From contig CAWJRG010000005.1 in assembly GCA_963845185.1 (NCBI GenBank), positions 544,001-608,000 of the forward strand: DNA of 64,000 nucleotides, given 5' to 3'. The notes under the pieces were generated by a model that worked only from the letters and a program-made list of their open reading frames with translations, had not been told where the DNA came from and did not search any database. The translations under genes were made by a program, and so were the position numbers. Origin of the DNA: an uncultured bacterium. GTDB lineage: Bacteria > Oederibacteriota > PGYV01 > CAWJRG01. Below are positions 18,563 through 27,866 of the stretch, piece after piece. Positions within the stretch are counted from its first letter, which is position 1. The number at the start of each line of letters is the position of its first letter.

Positions 18563-19795
18563 CTAAGGTTCCAGTTTGTCTGTATTAACAAGCGCCGGAA
18601 AAAACCATACCCACAGCGTTACTACAGCAAGTGTGCCTATTCCGCCTATTACTACTGACGGCACCACTCCGAACCACGCTGCAGTTAATCCTGATTCAAA
18701 TTCCCCGAGCTGGTTTGACGTGCCTATAAACATGGAATTTACCGCGCTTACCCTGCCCCTCATTTTGTCCGGCGTTTTAAGCTGCACCAGCGAATGCCTT
18801 ACAACCATGCTTATCACGTCTGCCGCGCCCAGCAGAACAAGGCTGCAGAGCGAAAATAAAAATGACTTCGATATCCCGAATAATATTGTGCCTATTCCGA
18901 ATATTGCCACGGCCGTGAACATTGTCCTTCCAACCCGGCGGCGCAAAGGCCTGTATGAAAGAAAAAGCGACATCAGCAATGCGCCTGCAGCAGGCGCGGA
19001 GCGCAGCAGCCCAAGCCCAATCGGCCCTGTTTTTAATATATCGCGTGCGTAAGCAGGCAGTAGCGCTGTTGCTCCTCCGAGCAATACTGCAAAAAGGTCG
19101 AGCGATATTGCCCCGAGTATCTGCGGCTTGTGCCGTATAAACGATATCCCTGCAAATACTGATTTTAAGTCCGCGGCCTCGTGTTTTTGCGGCTTATGCA
19201 CATTTTTAATAAAAAAACCCAATACGCACGCTATAAAAATAAGCGCGCCTGAAACAGTATAGACAACTCCCGCGCCTGCTGCATAAAGCAGCCCGCCAAA
19301 CGCAGGCCCGATTATAAAAGCTGTCTGCGTTGAGGAAGTCGATAGCGCGGTAGCGCGCGTAAATATTCCCTGCGGCACGAGCCCGGGCAGGAGCGCCTGC
19401 ATTGTCGGCCCCTCAAAAGAGCGCGCCGCACCGAAAATAAAAACTATAGCCAGTATGCTTTCTTTGTTCAGCCAGCCCATGAAACTGCCGGCTGCCAGTA
19501 CTGCTATACCTGCTGCCTGCACAGCCTGGCTCATACATACAATAATCCTGCGGTTATAGCGGTCAGCCGCGTGCCCGACCGCAAGAGTGAGCAAGAACAT
19601 TGGCAAAAACTGTGCGAGTCCTACAAGGCCCAGATAAAACACGCTTCCAGTTATTGCGTATATCTGCCAGCCTACTGCCACTGCAATCATCTGCGACGCA
19701 ATGGCGCTTGACATACGGGCAAACCAGTAAAGAATGAATTTGCCGCTGAATAAAGCAGCGCGGCTTCTGTTTATATTATTTAAAACAACAGGCAT
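18563..19795 (-). CDS. MFS transporter (EntS/MFS_3-like)
   Basis: GHAADRYNRR, ISLDLFAVLLGG, MRGRVSAVN; start moved to ATG 19795 behind SD. Confidence 0.9.
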   Translation of the reverse strand: MPVVLNNINRSRAALFSGKFILYWFARMSSAIASQMIAVAVGWQIYAITGSVFYLGLVGLAQFLPMFLLTLAVGHAADRYNRRIIVCMSQAVQAAGIAVLAAGSFMGWLNKESILAIVFIFGAARSFEGPTMQALLPGLVPQGIFTRATALSTSSTQTAFIIGPAFGGLLYAAGAGVVYTVSGALIFIACVLGFFIKNVHKPQKHEAADLKSVFAGISFIRHKPQILGAISLDLFAVLLGGATALLPAYARDILKTGPIGLGLLRSAPAAGALLMSLFLSYRPLRRRVGRTMFTAVAIFGIGTILFGISKSFLFSLCSLVLLGAADVISMVVRHSLVQLKTPDKMRGRVSAVNSMFIGTSNQLGEFESGLTAAWFGVVPSVVIGGIGTLAVVTLWVWFFPALVNTDKLEP

Positions 19796-19823
19796 GTTTA
19801 ATTGTCTCCTGAACGGCAGCGTT

Positions 19824-20372
19824 TTATGGCGATGAAGAAGCTTCCAGTTCCTGTAATTTTGGCCCAACGACATTTCCCAGCTTGCCGCCGGCAGTAAATA
19901 AAACATAGCCAAAAACAATAAGCATTAAAGCAAGAAATATAAAAGACCACAAATGCCGCGACTCAAACCTCTTTATGGTCCTGGCAAAAGACATAAGGCT
20001 TATCACTGCTGCCACTATGATTACAGCGTCCACGCTCGCCCGCTGCCAGTAGCTGCCGCCCAGATGAATCCACATCCCAAACTCATCAAATGTAAGAGCC
20101 AGGGCAATACCGTATAACAGCGCTGTTATTTCAGCCGCGCGTTCAATGGGGCGGTGGAATACGCTGTAACCCCCGACTATGGATAGCAGGAAAATGCCGT
20201 AATTCAAATGATGCACATGCGTCCCCTGTAAAAAGAAATACATATTCGGGATTTGATGTGACATTATCAAAAAAACAACCACCCTTGCCGCAATAAAGGT
20301 GAGTATGAAGCCAAAAAGCGCCCTTCTTGCCAGCCTGTGTACTGTTTCACGGTGTAAGTGCTGCTCAATCAT
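19824..20372 (-). CDS. Conserved membrane protein of unknown function
   Basis: HVHHLNYGI and LTFDEF motifs with several TMs. Confidence 0.75.
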   Translation of the reverse strand: MIEQHLHRETVHRLARRALFGFILTFIAARVVVFLIMSHQIPNMYFFLQGTHVHHLNYGIFLLSIVGGYSVFHRPIERAAEITALLYGIALALTFDEFGMWIHLGGSYWQRASVDAVIIVAAVISLMSFARTIKRFESRHLWSFIFLALMLIVFGYVLFTAGGKLGNVVGPKLQELEASSSP

Positions 20373-20390
20373 AGCGTGTTCCCCACAATA

Positions 20391-21281
20391 TTATTTCGCG
20401 GTTTTTGTAGCTGCATTTGCTTCTGACTCAAGTTTTGTCTTTAGGTCAATAAGCGCTGTCGAGGAAGCGGCTATCTCGTCTCCGTCTTTTACCCCCGAGA
20501 CTATCTCGGTGTAATCGTCTGTCTCGTAGCCTGTTTCTACATCAGCAGGCCCGTATTTCCCCGGCGCCTTTTTTAAAAATACAATCTGTTTTTCCCCTGT
20601 GTCAAATATGCTTTCTGCCGGCACACACAGCCTCTGGCCGAGGTCCATGTATATTATTGCCTCGACTTCCATGCCGGGTTTTAAAAGTCCTGACTTATTT
20701 GGCGCCTCAATGCTTATCTTCAGGATTTTGCTGGCCGGGTCAGTGCGCTTTCCCACTTCGCTTACGCTGCCCGTGAATTTTTTCCCTGGATGCGCGGCTG
20801 ATGTAATTTCCGCTTTTTGCCCAATTTTAACAAGATTTTCCTCGCCTTCGTAAATCTGCGCTTTAATAACGGCAATGCCCGAATCATTTCCGGTTTCGTT
20901 AACCTGCGCCGGCGAACCTGCGCTTTTTAAGCTTAAAAACATTTGTCTTTTCCTGACAAAGGTTGTCTTTATTCCTGCAGCCTGTTCCTGCTGCGGCGAT
21001 ATATCCACCGGCCCTTCGTTTATATCCTTTTCCACTCCCTGTTCCTCGTCGTTCATAACGGTTTCAACATTGTCCTCGTCATTATCCTCGTCCCCTGTCG
21101 CACCGCCTGCCTGCTCCGCTTCGGGCACTGCTTCTTTTTCCTGCTGTTGAGCTACTGCTGCTTCTTTTTCCTGCGCAGGTTTTATGGCTTGTTTTTTTGG
21201 CCTGAATATAAAATACCCTGCCGCTATAATAGCTGCTGCTATAATTACAACAATAAGTATTTTTAAAAAGTTCTGTTTCAC
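20391..21281 (-). CDS. CusB-like RND periplasmic adaptor, shortened
   Basis: LKPGM, VPAESIFDTGEKQIVF, GVKDGDEI; GTG start at 21281. Confidence 0.75.
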   Translation of the reverse strand: MKQNFLKILIVVIIAAAIIAAGYFIFRPKKQAIKPAQEKEAAVAQQQEKEAVPEAEQAGGATGDEDNDEDNVETVMNDEEQGVEKDINEGPVDISPQQEQAAGIKTTFVRKRQMFLSLKSAGSPAQVNETGNDSGIAVIKAQIYEGEENLVKIGQKAEITSAAHPGKKFTGSVSEVGKRTDPASKILKISIEAPNKSGLLKPGMEVEAIIYMDLGQRLCVPAESIFDTGEKQIVFLKKAPGKYGPADVETGYETDDYTEIVSGVKDGDEIAASSTALIDLKTKLESEANAATKTAK

Positions 21282-21339
21282 TTTCTCACCTCTGCTTCGG
21301 CAAGTACTATGCAAAATAAATTATCGGCGGCTTTAAGAA

Positions 21340-21480
21340 CACCCCTTCCCCCTCGACGGGGGAAGGCCGGGATGAGGGTGATGTAGCGGCTGAAAGTATT
21401 TAACTTTCCACTCATAACGTTAATGCCACTTTGCCGCTGCTTCACCCTCTCCTTTTTCCTCTCCCTTCAAGGGAGAGGAG
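21340..21480. repeat. REP-like inverted pair (CCCTCTCCC/GGGAGAGGG type)
   Basis: CCTTCCCCCTCGACGGGGGAAGGCCGGGATGAGGGTGA with an inverted partner; near-identical to 47541-47676. Confidence 0.75.
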
Positions 21481-21565
21481 CCCATTGATTAAATTCAATT
21501 TATTATGTTCAAGTATACGATATTCTATCACACGCCTCCAGGTTATTCATTACAAAAATCCTCTG

Positions 21566-22390
21566 TCATTTTAACGGCAATACTTCATTCATGCTTCCGC
21601 TGCGGAAGCCTTCAATATCCAGTGTTATATACTTGAAGCCAAGCTTTTTAAGCCCGTTTACTATCCTCATCCTGTTTTTCTGTGACAGGAGGATTTTGAA
21701 TTTGTCCGCATCAATTTCTATCCTTGCGGTATCTCCGTAATGCCTTACCCTCACCTGTTTTAATCCCATATTTTTAAGAAGTTTTTCCGCTTTTTCAACG
21801 GTTACCAGCTTTTTAATGGTTATCTCATTATAATAAGGGATGCGTGAGGCAAGGCAGGCAGCCGCAGGCTTGTCCCATGTTTTTAAGCCAATTTTTTTGG
21901 ACAATAAACGTACATCTGCCTTTGTAAAGACTGCTTCAGCCAGCGGGTGCCTCACTCCTGCCTCGCTTGCGGCTCTAAGCCCGGGCCTGAAATCCCTGAA
22001 ATCATCCGCGTTTGCGCCGTCAGCCAGCCATTTGATATTTTTTTCCCTGGCTATGCCGAGCATTTTCGAAAACAGCTCTGCCTTGCAGAAGTAACACCGC
22101 TCAGGCGGGTTGTTCTTGAAATCTTTGTTTTTGAGTTCCTCTGTTTGCATGATTATGTGTCCCTGCTTGTTTCCTCTTGCATATTTTTTCGCTTCAGAAA
22201 GTTCCTGTTTTGTGTAAGTTTCCGAAACCGCGGTTACAGGCAATACTTCGCATCCTTTTGTTTCCTGCGCAGCTTTCAGCAGGAACGTGCTGTCCACTCC
22301 GCCCGAATAAGCCAGTATAAATCGCCCCATTTTTTTCAGTATTGCCCGGAGATGTTTGTATTTTAACGAAATTACATTTTTATTACTCAT
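21566..22390 (-). CDS. larE: ATP-dependent sacrificial sulfur transferase LarE family
   Basis: AYSGGVDS, RCYFCK, DFRPG, CLASRIPY, FRSGSMN. Confidence 0.9.
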   Translation of the reverse strand: MSNKNVISLKYKHLRAILKKMGRFILAYSGGVDSTFLLKAAQETKGCEVLPVTAVSETYTKQELSEAKKYARGNKQGHIIMQTEELKNKDFKNNPPERCYFCKAELFSKMLGIAREKNIKWLADGANADDFRDFRPGLRAASEAGVRHPLAEAVFTKADVRLLSKKIGLKTWDKPAAACLASRIPYYNEITIKKLVTVEKAEKLLKNMGLKQVRVRHYGDTARIEIDADKFKILLSQKNRMRIVNGLKKLGFKYITLDIEGFRSGSMNEVLPLK

Positions 22391-22462
22391 ATATTCTCCT
22401 ATTTTTAATCTTTTGGATTTTACTTATTTTATCACCCCTTCTAATCCAAAACAAGACAGTAT

Positions 22463-22491
22463 TTGATTTTAGTAACAAATGTTGTTAAAAT
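22463..22491 (+). promoter_or_regulatory. Putative sigma70 promoter TTGATT-N17-TAAAAT
   Basis: Consensus match; places the leader element in the glpK 5' UTR. Confidence 0.55.
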
Positions 22492-22508
22492 TAATCAGTA
22501 TTATAACC

Positions 22509-22612
22509 GCACCACTTGTCCCTCGCAAGCTCGGGACTTGAGCGGGTACAAGATTCCGTAAGATTTTATCTTCGCTGTTGACGCTTGATAAAATCAACGG
22601 AATCTATGGAGG
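22509..22612 (+). ncRNA. Repeated structured 5'-leader element upstream of glpK
   Basis: GTCCC/GGGAC, GATTCCGT/ACGGAATC and GATTTTATC/GATAAAATC stems, CTGTTGACG loop, then GGAGG. Confidence 0.75.
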
Positions 22613-22618
22613 TAAGCT

Positions 22619-24127
22619 ATGTCCGAAAAAAAATACGTTGGAGCAGTTGACCAGGGCACAACAAGCACAAGGTTCATGCTTTTTAATAGAAGCGGCGATA
22701 TTGCGGCCGTGCACCAGGTTGAGCATAAGCAGATTTATCCCCAGTCCGGCTGGGTAGAACACGACGCTATGCAGATATGGAACAATACCAAGGAATGCAT
22801 AAATCAGGCGCTATCAAAATCAGGCATCAAGCCTGAAGAAATCGCGTCAATAGGTGTCACAAACCAGCGTGAAACCACCGTTGTCTGGGATAAAACAACC
22901 GGCAAGCCTCTGCATAACGCCATAGTCTGGCAGGACCTGCGCACAGCAGATATCTGCGCGGAACTATCAAAAAAAGGAGGGCAATACAGGTTTCAGAAAA
23001 CAACAGGCCTGCCACTCGCCACATATTTTTCCGGCCCGAAATTGAAATGGCTGTTTGACAACAAGCCAAAAATAAAAAAAGCAGCCGAATCAGGCACTGC
23101 CCTTTTCGGCACAATGGACACGTGGATAATATGGAACCTGACAGGTGGCGCTCACGTTACTGACCCCACAAACGCAAGCCGCACCATGCTCATGGGCTTA
23201 GGCACATTGAAATGGGACAAAAAAATGCTGGGAATATTCGGCATACCTGAAAGCATTTTGCCGGAAATCAGACCGTCGTCAGACCCTAAAGCATACGGCA
23301 TTACACAGAAAACAGGCCCGTTTGGCGCTGAAATACCCGTAATGGGCGACCTCGGAGACCAGCAGGCAGCCTTGTTCGGACAGACATGCTTTGAAAAAGG
23401 CACGGCAAAAAACACTTACGGCACAGGATGCTTTTTGCTTTTAAATACAGGAAACAAACCTGTTTTTTCCAAAAACGGCCTGATTACAACAGTCGGGTAT
23501 AAAATCGGAGACTCGCCGGTTGTATATGCCCTTGAAGGTTCCATAGCAATAGCAGGCGCGCTTGTCCAGTGGGTGCGCGATAAGTTAAAACTAATTACCT
23601 CTGCCCCTGAAATCAATGACCTCGCAATGCAGGCATCTGATAACGGCGGTGTTTATTTTGTACCTGCGTTTTCCGGGCTGTTTGCTCCCTACTGGCGCAG
23701 CGACGCGCGCGGCATTATTGCCGGCCTCACCCATTACACAGGCAAAGAGCATATTGCACGCGCAGCGCTTGAGGCCACGGCATATCAGGCGCGCGAAATT
23801 TTTGAGGCAATGGAAAAAGACTCTGGCATAAAACTCGCCTCATTAAAAGTAGACGGAGGTATGACAGCAAGCGAACTTCTGATGCAGTTTCAGTCAGATA
23901 TATTAAATGTACCTGTCTCCCGGCCAAAGGTCGCCGAGACAACCGCGCTTGGAGCCGCTTACGCCGCAGGCCTGGCAGCGGGCTTCTGGAAATCGCAGGA
24001 AGAGCTAAAGGCAAACTGGATTTTGTCAAAGCAGTGGCAGCCTAAAATGGCCGCTGACAAGCGGGAAAAGTATTTCAAAGAATGGAAAAAAGCAGTGCAG
24101 AAGTCTTTGGGGTGGATGGAAAAATAA
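22619..24127 (+). CDS. glpK: Glycerol kinase
   Basis: [43 protein letters not shown]. Confidence 0.98.
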   Translation: MSEKKYVGAVDQGTTSTRFMLFNRSGDIAAVHQVEHKQIYPQSGWVEHDAMQIWNNTKECINQALSKSGIKPEEIASIGVTNQRETTVVWDKTTGKPLHNAIVWQDLRTADICAELSKKGGQYRFQKTTGLPLATYFSGPKLKWLFDNKPKIKKAAESGTALFGTMDTWIIWNLTGGAHVTDPTNASRTMLMGLGTLKWDKKMLGIFGIPESILPEIRPSSDPKAYGITQKTGPFGAEIPVMGDLGDQQAALFGQTCFEKGTAKNTYGTGCFLLLNTGNKPVFSKNGLITTVGYKIGDSPVVYALEGSIAIAGALVQWVRDKLKLITSAPEINDLAMQASDNGGVYFVPAFSGLFAPYWRSDARGIIAGLTHYTGKEHIARAALEATAYQAREIFEAMEKDSGIKLASLKVDGGMTASELLMQFQSDILNVPVSRPKVAETTALGAAYAAGLAAGFWKSQEELKANWILSKQWQPKMAADKREKYFKEWKKAVQKSLGWMEK

Positions 24128-24154
24128 ACTCGCATTAAAAAAAGGTGAACCCGG

Positions 24155-25615
24155 TTGAAAAATACTTACGATATTATAATCATAGGTTCAGGCATAGTAG
24201 GCTCTTTGATAGCCCGCTATTTGTCCCGCTACGACATATCAGTGCTCGTCGTTGAAAAAGAAATCGACGTTGGCATGTGCCCCTCCTCTGCCAACTCAGC
24301 TATCATCCACTCCGGTTTTGACCCAAAGCCCAGCACAGTAAAAGCAAAAATGAATGCCACTGGCAACAAGCTGTGGTATTCCCTTGCGCCAGAGCTTGGC
24401 ATTGTTTTCAAGCAGACCGGCAGTTATGTCGTATCTATCGGCGAAGCAGAATTCAAGCGCCTGCCCGAGCTTTTAGAGCGCGGCAAGCTAAACAATGTGC
24501 CTGGCGTGGAAATAATAAACCGTGACGAACTGCTGCGGCGCGAGTCATTGATAAATCCCGAAACATCAGGCGCACTCTGGGCACCGAGCGCGGCAGTTAT
24601 TGACCCTTTTGGTGCCACGCTTGCCGCTGCTGAAAATGCGGTTATAAACGGCGTTAAATACATGTTCGAGACCGAATTCAAAGAATTTATTTTTGAAGGC
24701 ACCAAAGTCATAGGCATAAAAACAAATAACGGTGATTTTTATTCGCGCTGGGTCATAAACTCAGCCGGATTATACTCTGACAAGGTTGCGCATAAAGCAG
24801 GCGCACGAAAGGAATTCGAAATAATACCAAAAAAAGGCTGCTATCTTATTTTTGACGCTGCGAAATTCATAATAAACAGCGTGCTGTTCCAGCTTCCCAC
24901 CGAACAATCCAAGGGCATACTTGTCTCCACCACCACGCACGGCAATGTAATGATAGGCCCTGACAACGCACCTTGTGAGGGTAAGGACGACACCGCGACA
25001 ACAGCCGAGGGCCTTGAAAGAATCATACAGGGTGGAAAACGGCTTATCCCCTCCCTTGACCCGAGAAACACCATAGCCATGTACGCCGGTATAAGGGCAA
25101 CCGGCAACGGAAGCAGGGATTTTATAATTGAAATGCCCAAAGAAATCCCGGGTCTGCTGAATCTATGCGGCATTGAATCCCCGGGCTTTGCGTCCGCACC
25201 TGCAATAGCGCTCGAAGTAATAGAAATGCTCAAGAACGCCGGCGTGAAATTAAATGAAAAGAAAACCTGGAACCCTGTCCGCAAGCCATTCCCGCACTTC
25301 CACATGATGAAGCACGAAGAAAAGGAAAAACTTGTAAAATCAAACCCTGCGTACGGCAGGATAATGTGCAGGTGCGAGGAAATAACCGAAGGAGAAGTGC
25401 TTGACGCCATACATTCGCCTGTGCCTGCGCGCACCTATGACGGCATAAAAAGGCGGACATGGCTTGGAACTGGCCGCTGCCAGGGCGCTTTTGACTACCC
25501 GCGGGTGATAAGCATACTCGCCCGCGAGCTCGGCATACCCGAGACAGAGGTTACAAAAAAAGGTAAAGGCAGCGAACTGGTGTTTAGAAAAACCAAGGAC
25601 GTAACTTATGAATAA
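24155..25615 (+). CDS. FAD-dependent oxidoreductase with C-terminal BFD-like [2Fe-2S] domain (probable glycerol-3-phosphate dehydrogenase subunit)
   Basis: GSGIVG, SSANSAIIHSG, CRCEEITEGE, GRCQG; follows glpK. Confidence 0.85.
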   Translation: MKNTYDIIIIGSGIVGSLIARYLSRYDISVLVVEKEIDVGMCPSSANSAIIHSGFDPKPSTVKAKMNATGNKLWYSLAPELGIVFKQTGSYVVSIGEAEFKRLPELLERGKLNNVPGVEIINRDELLRRESLINPETSGALWAPSAAVIDPFGATLAAAENAVINGVKYMFETEFKEFIFEGTKVIGIKTNNGDFYSRWVINSAGLYSDKVAHKAGARKEFEIIPKKGCYLIFDAAKFIINSVLFQLPTEQSKGILVSTTTHGNVMIGPDNAPCEGKDDTATTAEGLERIIQGGKRLIPSLDPRNTIAMYAGIRATGNGSRDFIIEMPKEIPGLLNLCGIESPGFASAPAIALEVIEMLKNAGVKLNEKKTWNPVRKPFPHFHMMKHEEKEKLVKSNPAYGRIMCRCEEITEGEVLDAIHSPVPARTYDGIKRRTWLGTGRCQGAFDYPRVISILARELGIPETEVTKKGKGSELVFRKTKDVTYE

Positions 25616-26924
25616 AGAATATGATGTAATAGTCATCGGCGCAGGGCCTGCAGGGCTTGCAGCCGCCATAGAAGCGAAAAAAACAGGCGCAAGCGCACTT
25701 ATAATAGAAAGGAACGACGAGCCCGGCGGCATACTTCCCCAGTGCATTCACAATGGTTTCGGCTCAGTACTTTTTAAAAAAGATTTGCCCGGGCCAAACT
25801 ACGCATGGAATTTCGTAGAGGAAGCTGAAAAATTCGGTGTTGAAATGCTGCTCGATACTTTTGTCCTTGATATTACCGACAATAAAACAGTGTATGCCAC
25901 AAACAGCCGCGAAGGTTTCCTTGAACTCAATGCAAAGGCAATTGTGCTTGCAATGGGCTGCAGGGAGCGAACAAGGGCGCAGATAAGGATACCTGGTGAC
26001 AGGCCGGCAGGCGTTTTTACCGCAGGCATGGTGCAGAGGCTGGTAAATATCGAGGGTTTTATGCCCGGCAAAAATTTCATAATACTTGGCTCAGGCGACA
26101 TAGGCATGATAATGGCTCGGCGGCTCACGATTGAAGGCGCAAAAGTAATTAAAGTAATCGAACTCATGCCTTACTTGACAGGGCTTCGCAGGAATTATGT
26201 GCAGTGTCTGCAGGATTTTGACATTCCCCTTTCCCTGTCCACCACAATAAAGAGAATAATCGGCAAAAAACGTGTCGGGGCAGTTGAGACAATAAAAGTT
26301 GACGACGGTTTGAGTCCAATCACCGGCACCGAAGAAACAGTCCCATGCGACAGCGTGCTTTTGTCTGTCGGCTTAATTCCGGAAAACGAGCTTTCAAAAA
26401 AAGTTGGCGTGTTGCTTGACCCTTTGACCGGAGGCCCTGTCGTGGATGAAAACATGGCAACGAGCGTGCCAGGAATATATGCAGCGGGTAATGTCGTCAC
26501 AATTTACGACCTTGTTGATTATGTCTCAAAAGCAGGCTTTATCGCAGGCAGAAACGCGGCTCTTTACGCTGCAGGCAAAACCCAGCCCGCGCAGTATGTT
26601 GAAATAAAGCCCGGCGACGGCATACGCTCGATCATGCCGCAGCGGCTAAGTAGAGACGGGGCTCTGTCCCTGTCTCAGCAGGAACCAAGACAGGCGCAAG
26701 GGCCTGTCTCTACGCAGGAAATACTCCTCGAACTGCGCGTTTCAAAGGAATTCCCCGAAAAAATATCAATAGACCTTATAGACCGGGACAAAACAGTGCA
26801 GTCTTTCAGGCAAAAATATGCCCGACCAGCTGAAATGATTACACTTAAAATAAACCCTCAGGAATTTGCGGCAAAGCTCTCGTCGGCCACGTCGGAAATC
26901 ACTGTACGAATAAAAGAGGTTTAA
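25608..26924 (+). CDS. NAD(P)/FAD-dependent oxidoreductase of the glycerol cluster
   Basis: GAGPAG, GGILPQCIHNGFG, GCRER, GSGDIG. Confidence 0.88.
   Translation: MNKEYDVIVIGAGPAGLAAAIEAKKTGASALIIERNDEPGGILPQCIHNGFGSVLFKKDLPGPNYAWNFVEEAEKFGVEMLLDTFVLDITDNKTVYATNSREGFLELNAKAIVLAMGCRERTRAQIRIPGDRPAGVFTAGMVQRLVNIEGFMPGKNFIILGSGDIGMIMARRLTIEGAKVIKVIELMPYLTGLRRNYVQCLQDFDIPLSLSTTIKRIIGKKRVGAVETIKVDDGLSPITGTEETVPCDSVLLSVGLIPENELSKKVGVLLDPLTGGPVVDENMATSVPGIYAAGNVVTIYDLVDYVSKAGFIAGRNAALYAAGKTQPAQYVEIKPGDGIRSIMPQRLSRDGALSLSQQEPRQAQGPVSTQEILLELRVSKEFPEKISIDLIDRDKTVQSFRQKYARPAEMITLKINPQEFAAKLSSATSEITVRIKEV
26650..26713. repeat. GTAG-type REP doublet inside a CDS
   Basis: GTAGAGAC...GTCTCTAC termini with two internal hairpins. 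Confidence 0.7.
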
Positions 26925-26927
26925 AAT

Positions 26928-27302
26928 ATGGAACGAAAATTCATCTGTATCCGCTGCCCCGAAGGCTGCGAAATTACCACAACCATTGACGGTTACGGCA
27001 ACGTAACTGACATAAAAGGCAACTCCTGCAAGCTCGGCATTGAGTATGTAAAAACCGAGGCAACAGACCCGCGCCGTACCCTGACAACCACGGTAAAAGT
27101 GGAGGGTGGAGCCTATCCCCTTTGCCCTGTCTGGAGCGAAAAACCCGTGCCAAAGGATAAAATAATGGATCTGGCAGTCGAACTCCGCAAAATCACTCTA
27201 AAAGCGCCTGTAAAGATCAACCAAATCGTGCTGGAGAACGCTTTAGGAATTGGCGTGAATATTATCGCTTCTTGTGATATAATTAGTATTGAAAAGAAAT
27301 AA
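26928..27302 (+). CDS. DUF1667 family CxxCPxGC protein
   Basis: CIRCPEGC, GNSC, PRRTLTTTV. Confidence 0.88.
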   Translation: MERKFICIRCPEGCEITTTIDGYGNVTDIKGNSCKLGIEYVKTEATDPRRTLTTTVKVEGGAYPLCPVWSEKPVPKDKIMDLAVELRKITLKAPVKINQIVLENALGIGVNIIASCDIISIEKK

Positions 27303-27310
27303 ATATTAAA

Positions 27311-27418
27311 GTACCACTTGTCCAAACCTACAGTCTGGACTTGAGCGGGTACAAGATAGCGTAATGTTTTGTCAGAGCCTGTTGACGTCTCGACAAAACA
27401 AACGCTATCATTAGGAGG
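27311..27418 (+). ncRNA. Repeated structured 5'-leader element upstream of the response regulator
   Basis: GTACC/GGTAC, GTCCA/TGGAC, GATAGCGT/ACGCTATC, TGTTTTGTC/GACAAAACA, then GGAGG. Confidence 0.75.
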
Positions 27419-27426
27419 GTAATAAC

Positions 27427-27828
27427 ATGGATAAAAAAACCATACTTGCAGTGGATGACGAACCAAATGTGCTTTCTGCAATCAAAGACACTTTAAATGA
27501 AAGATATAACGTAATCACGGCCAAAAACGGCAAAGAAGCCCTGAAGATGATAGACACCCACGCTCCTGACCTTATCATAATGGACGTGGTAATGCCTGAA
27601 ATGGACGGGCTTGAGGCAGTCAGGCGGCTGCACATGAAAAGCCCGTTTGGCCCTCCGGTCATTTTTTTAAGCGCAAAAACAGGAATCTCCGACGTGGAGC
27701 AGGGTTTGAAAGTCGGCGCGTTTGTTTACATGACAAAACCATTTTCGCCGTCACAGCTTGAAAAAAAAGTGGATGAAACTTTCGCAAGGATTGAAACAAG
27801 AAAGAAAATGCCGAAAAAGAACCCGTAA
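27427..27828 (+). CDS. Single-domain response regulator (CheY-like)
   Basis: VDDE, DLIIMDVVMPEMDG, FLSA, KPF. Confidence 0.92.
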   Translation: MDKKTILAVDDEPNVLSAIKDTLNERYNVITAKNGKEALKMIDTHAPDLIIMDVVMPEMDGLEAVRRLHMKSPFGPPVIFLSAKTGISDVEQGLKVGAFVYMTKPFSPSQLEKKVDETFARIETRKKMPKKNP

Positions 27829-27866
27829 ACTTCGCTTTTATTATTAACCCGCAAAAACTCCCAGTA

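Noticed and set aside
21566..22390. larE without larA/B/C nearby
   Set aside because: Stand-alone larE homologues are common and partners may lie elsewhere
22570..22610. TTGACG in the leader loop as a -35 box
   Set aside because: Only the 27311 copy has a plausibly spaced -10; the motif is absent from two copies and better promoters lie upstream
22509..22612. Leader as glmS ribozyme, SAM-I, T-box or tRNA
   Set aside because: Shares only short words (GTTGACG, GGAC, GGTGC); the defining core motifs and gene contexts are missing
22619..27302. glpK + two flavoproteins + DUF1667 as a novel system
   Set aside because: A recurrent glycerol-utilisation arrangement in anaerobes and archaea
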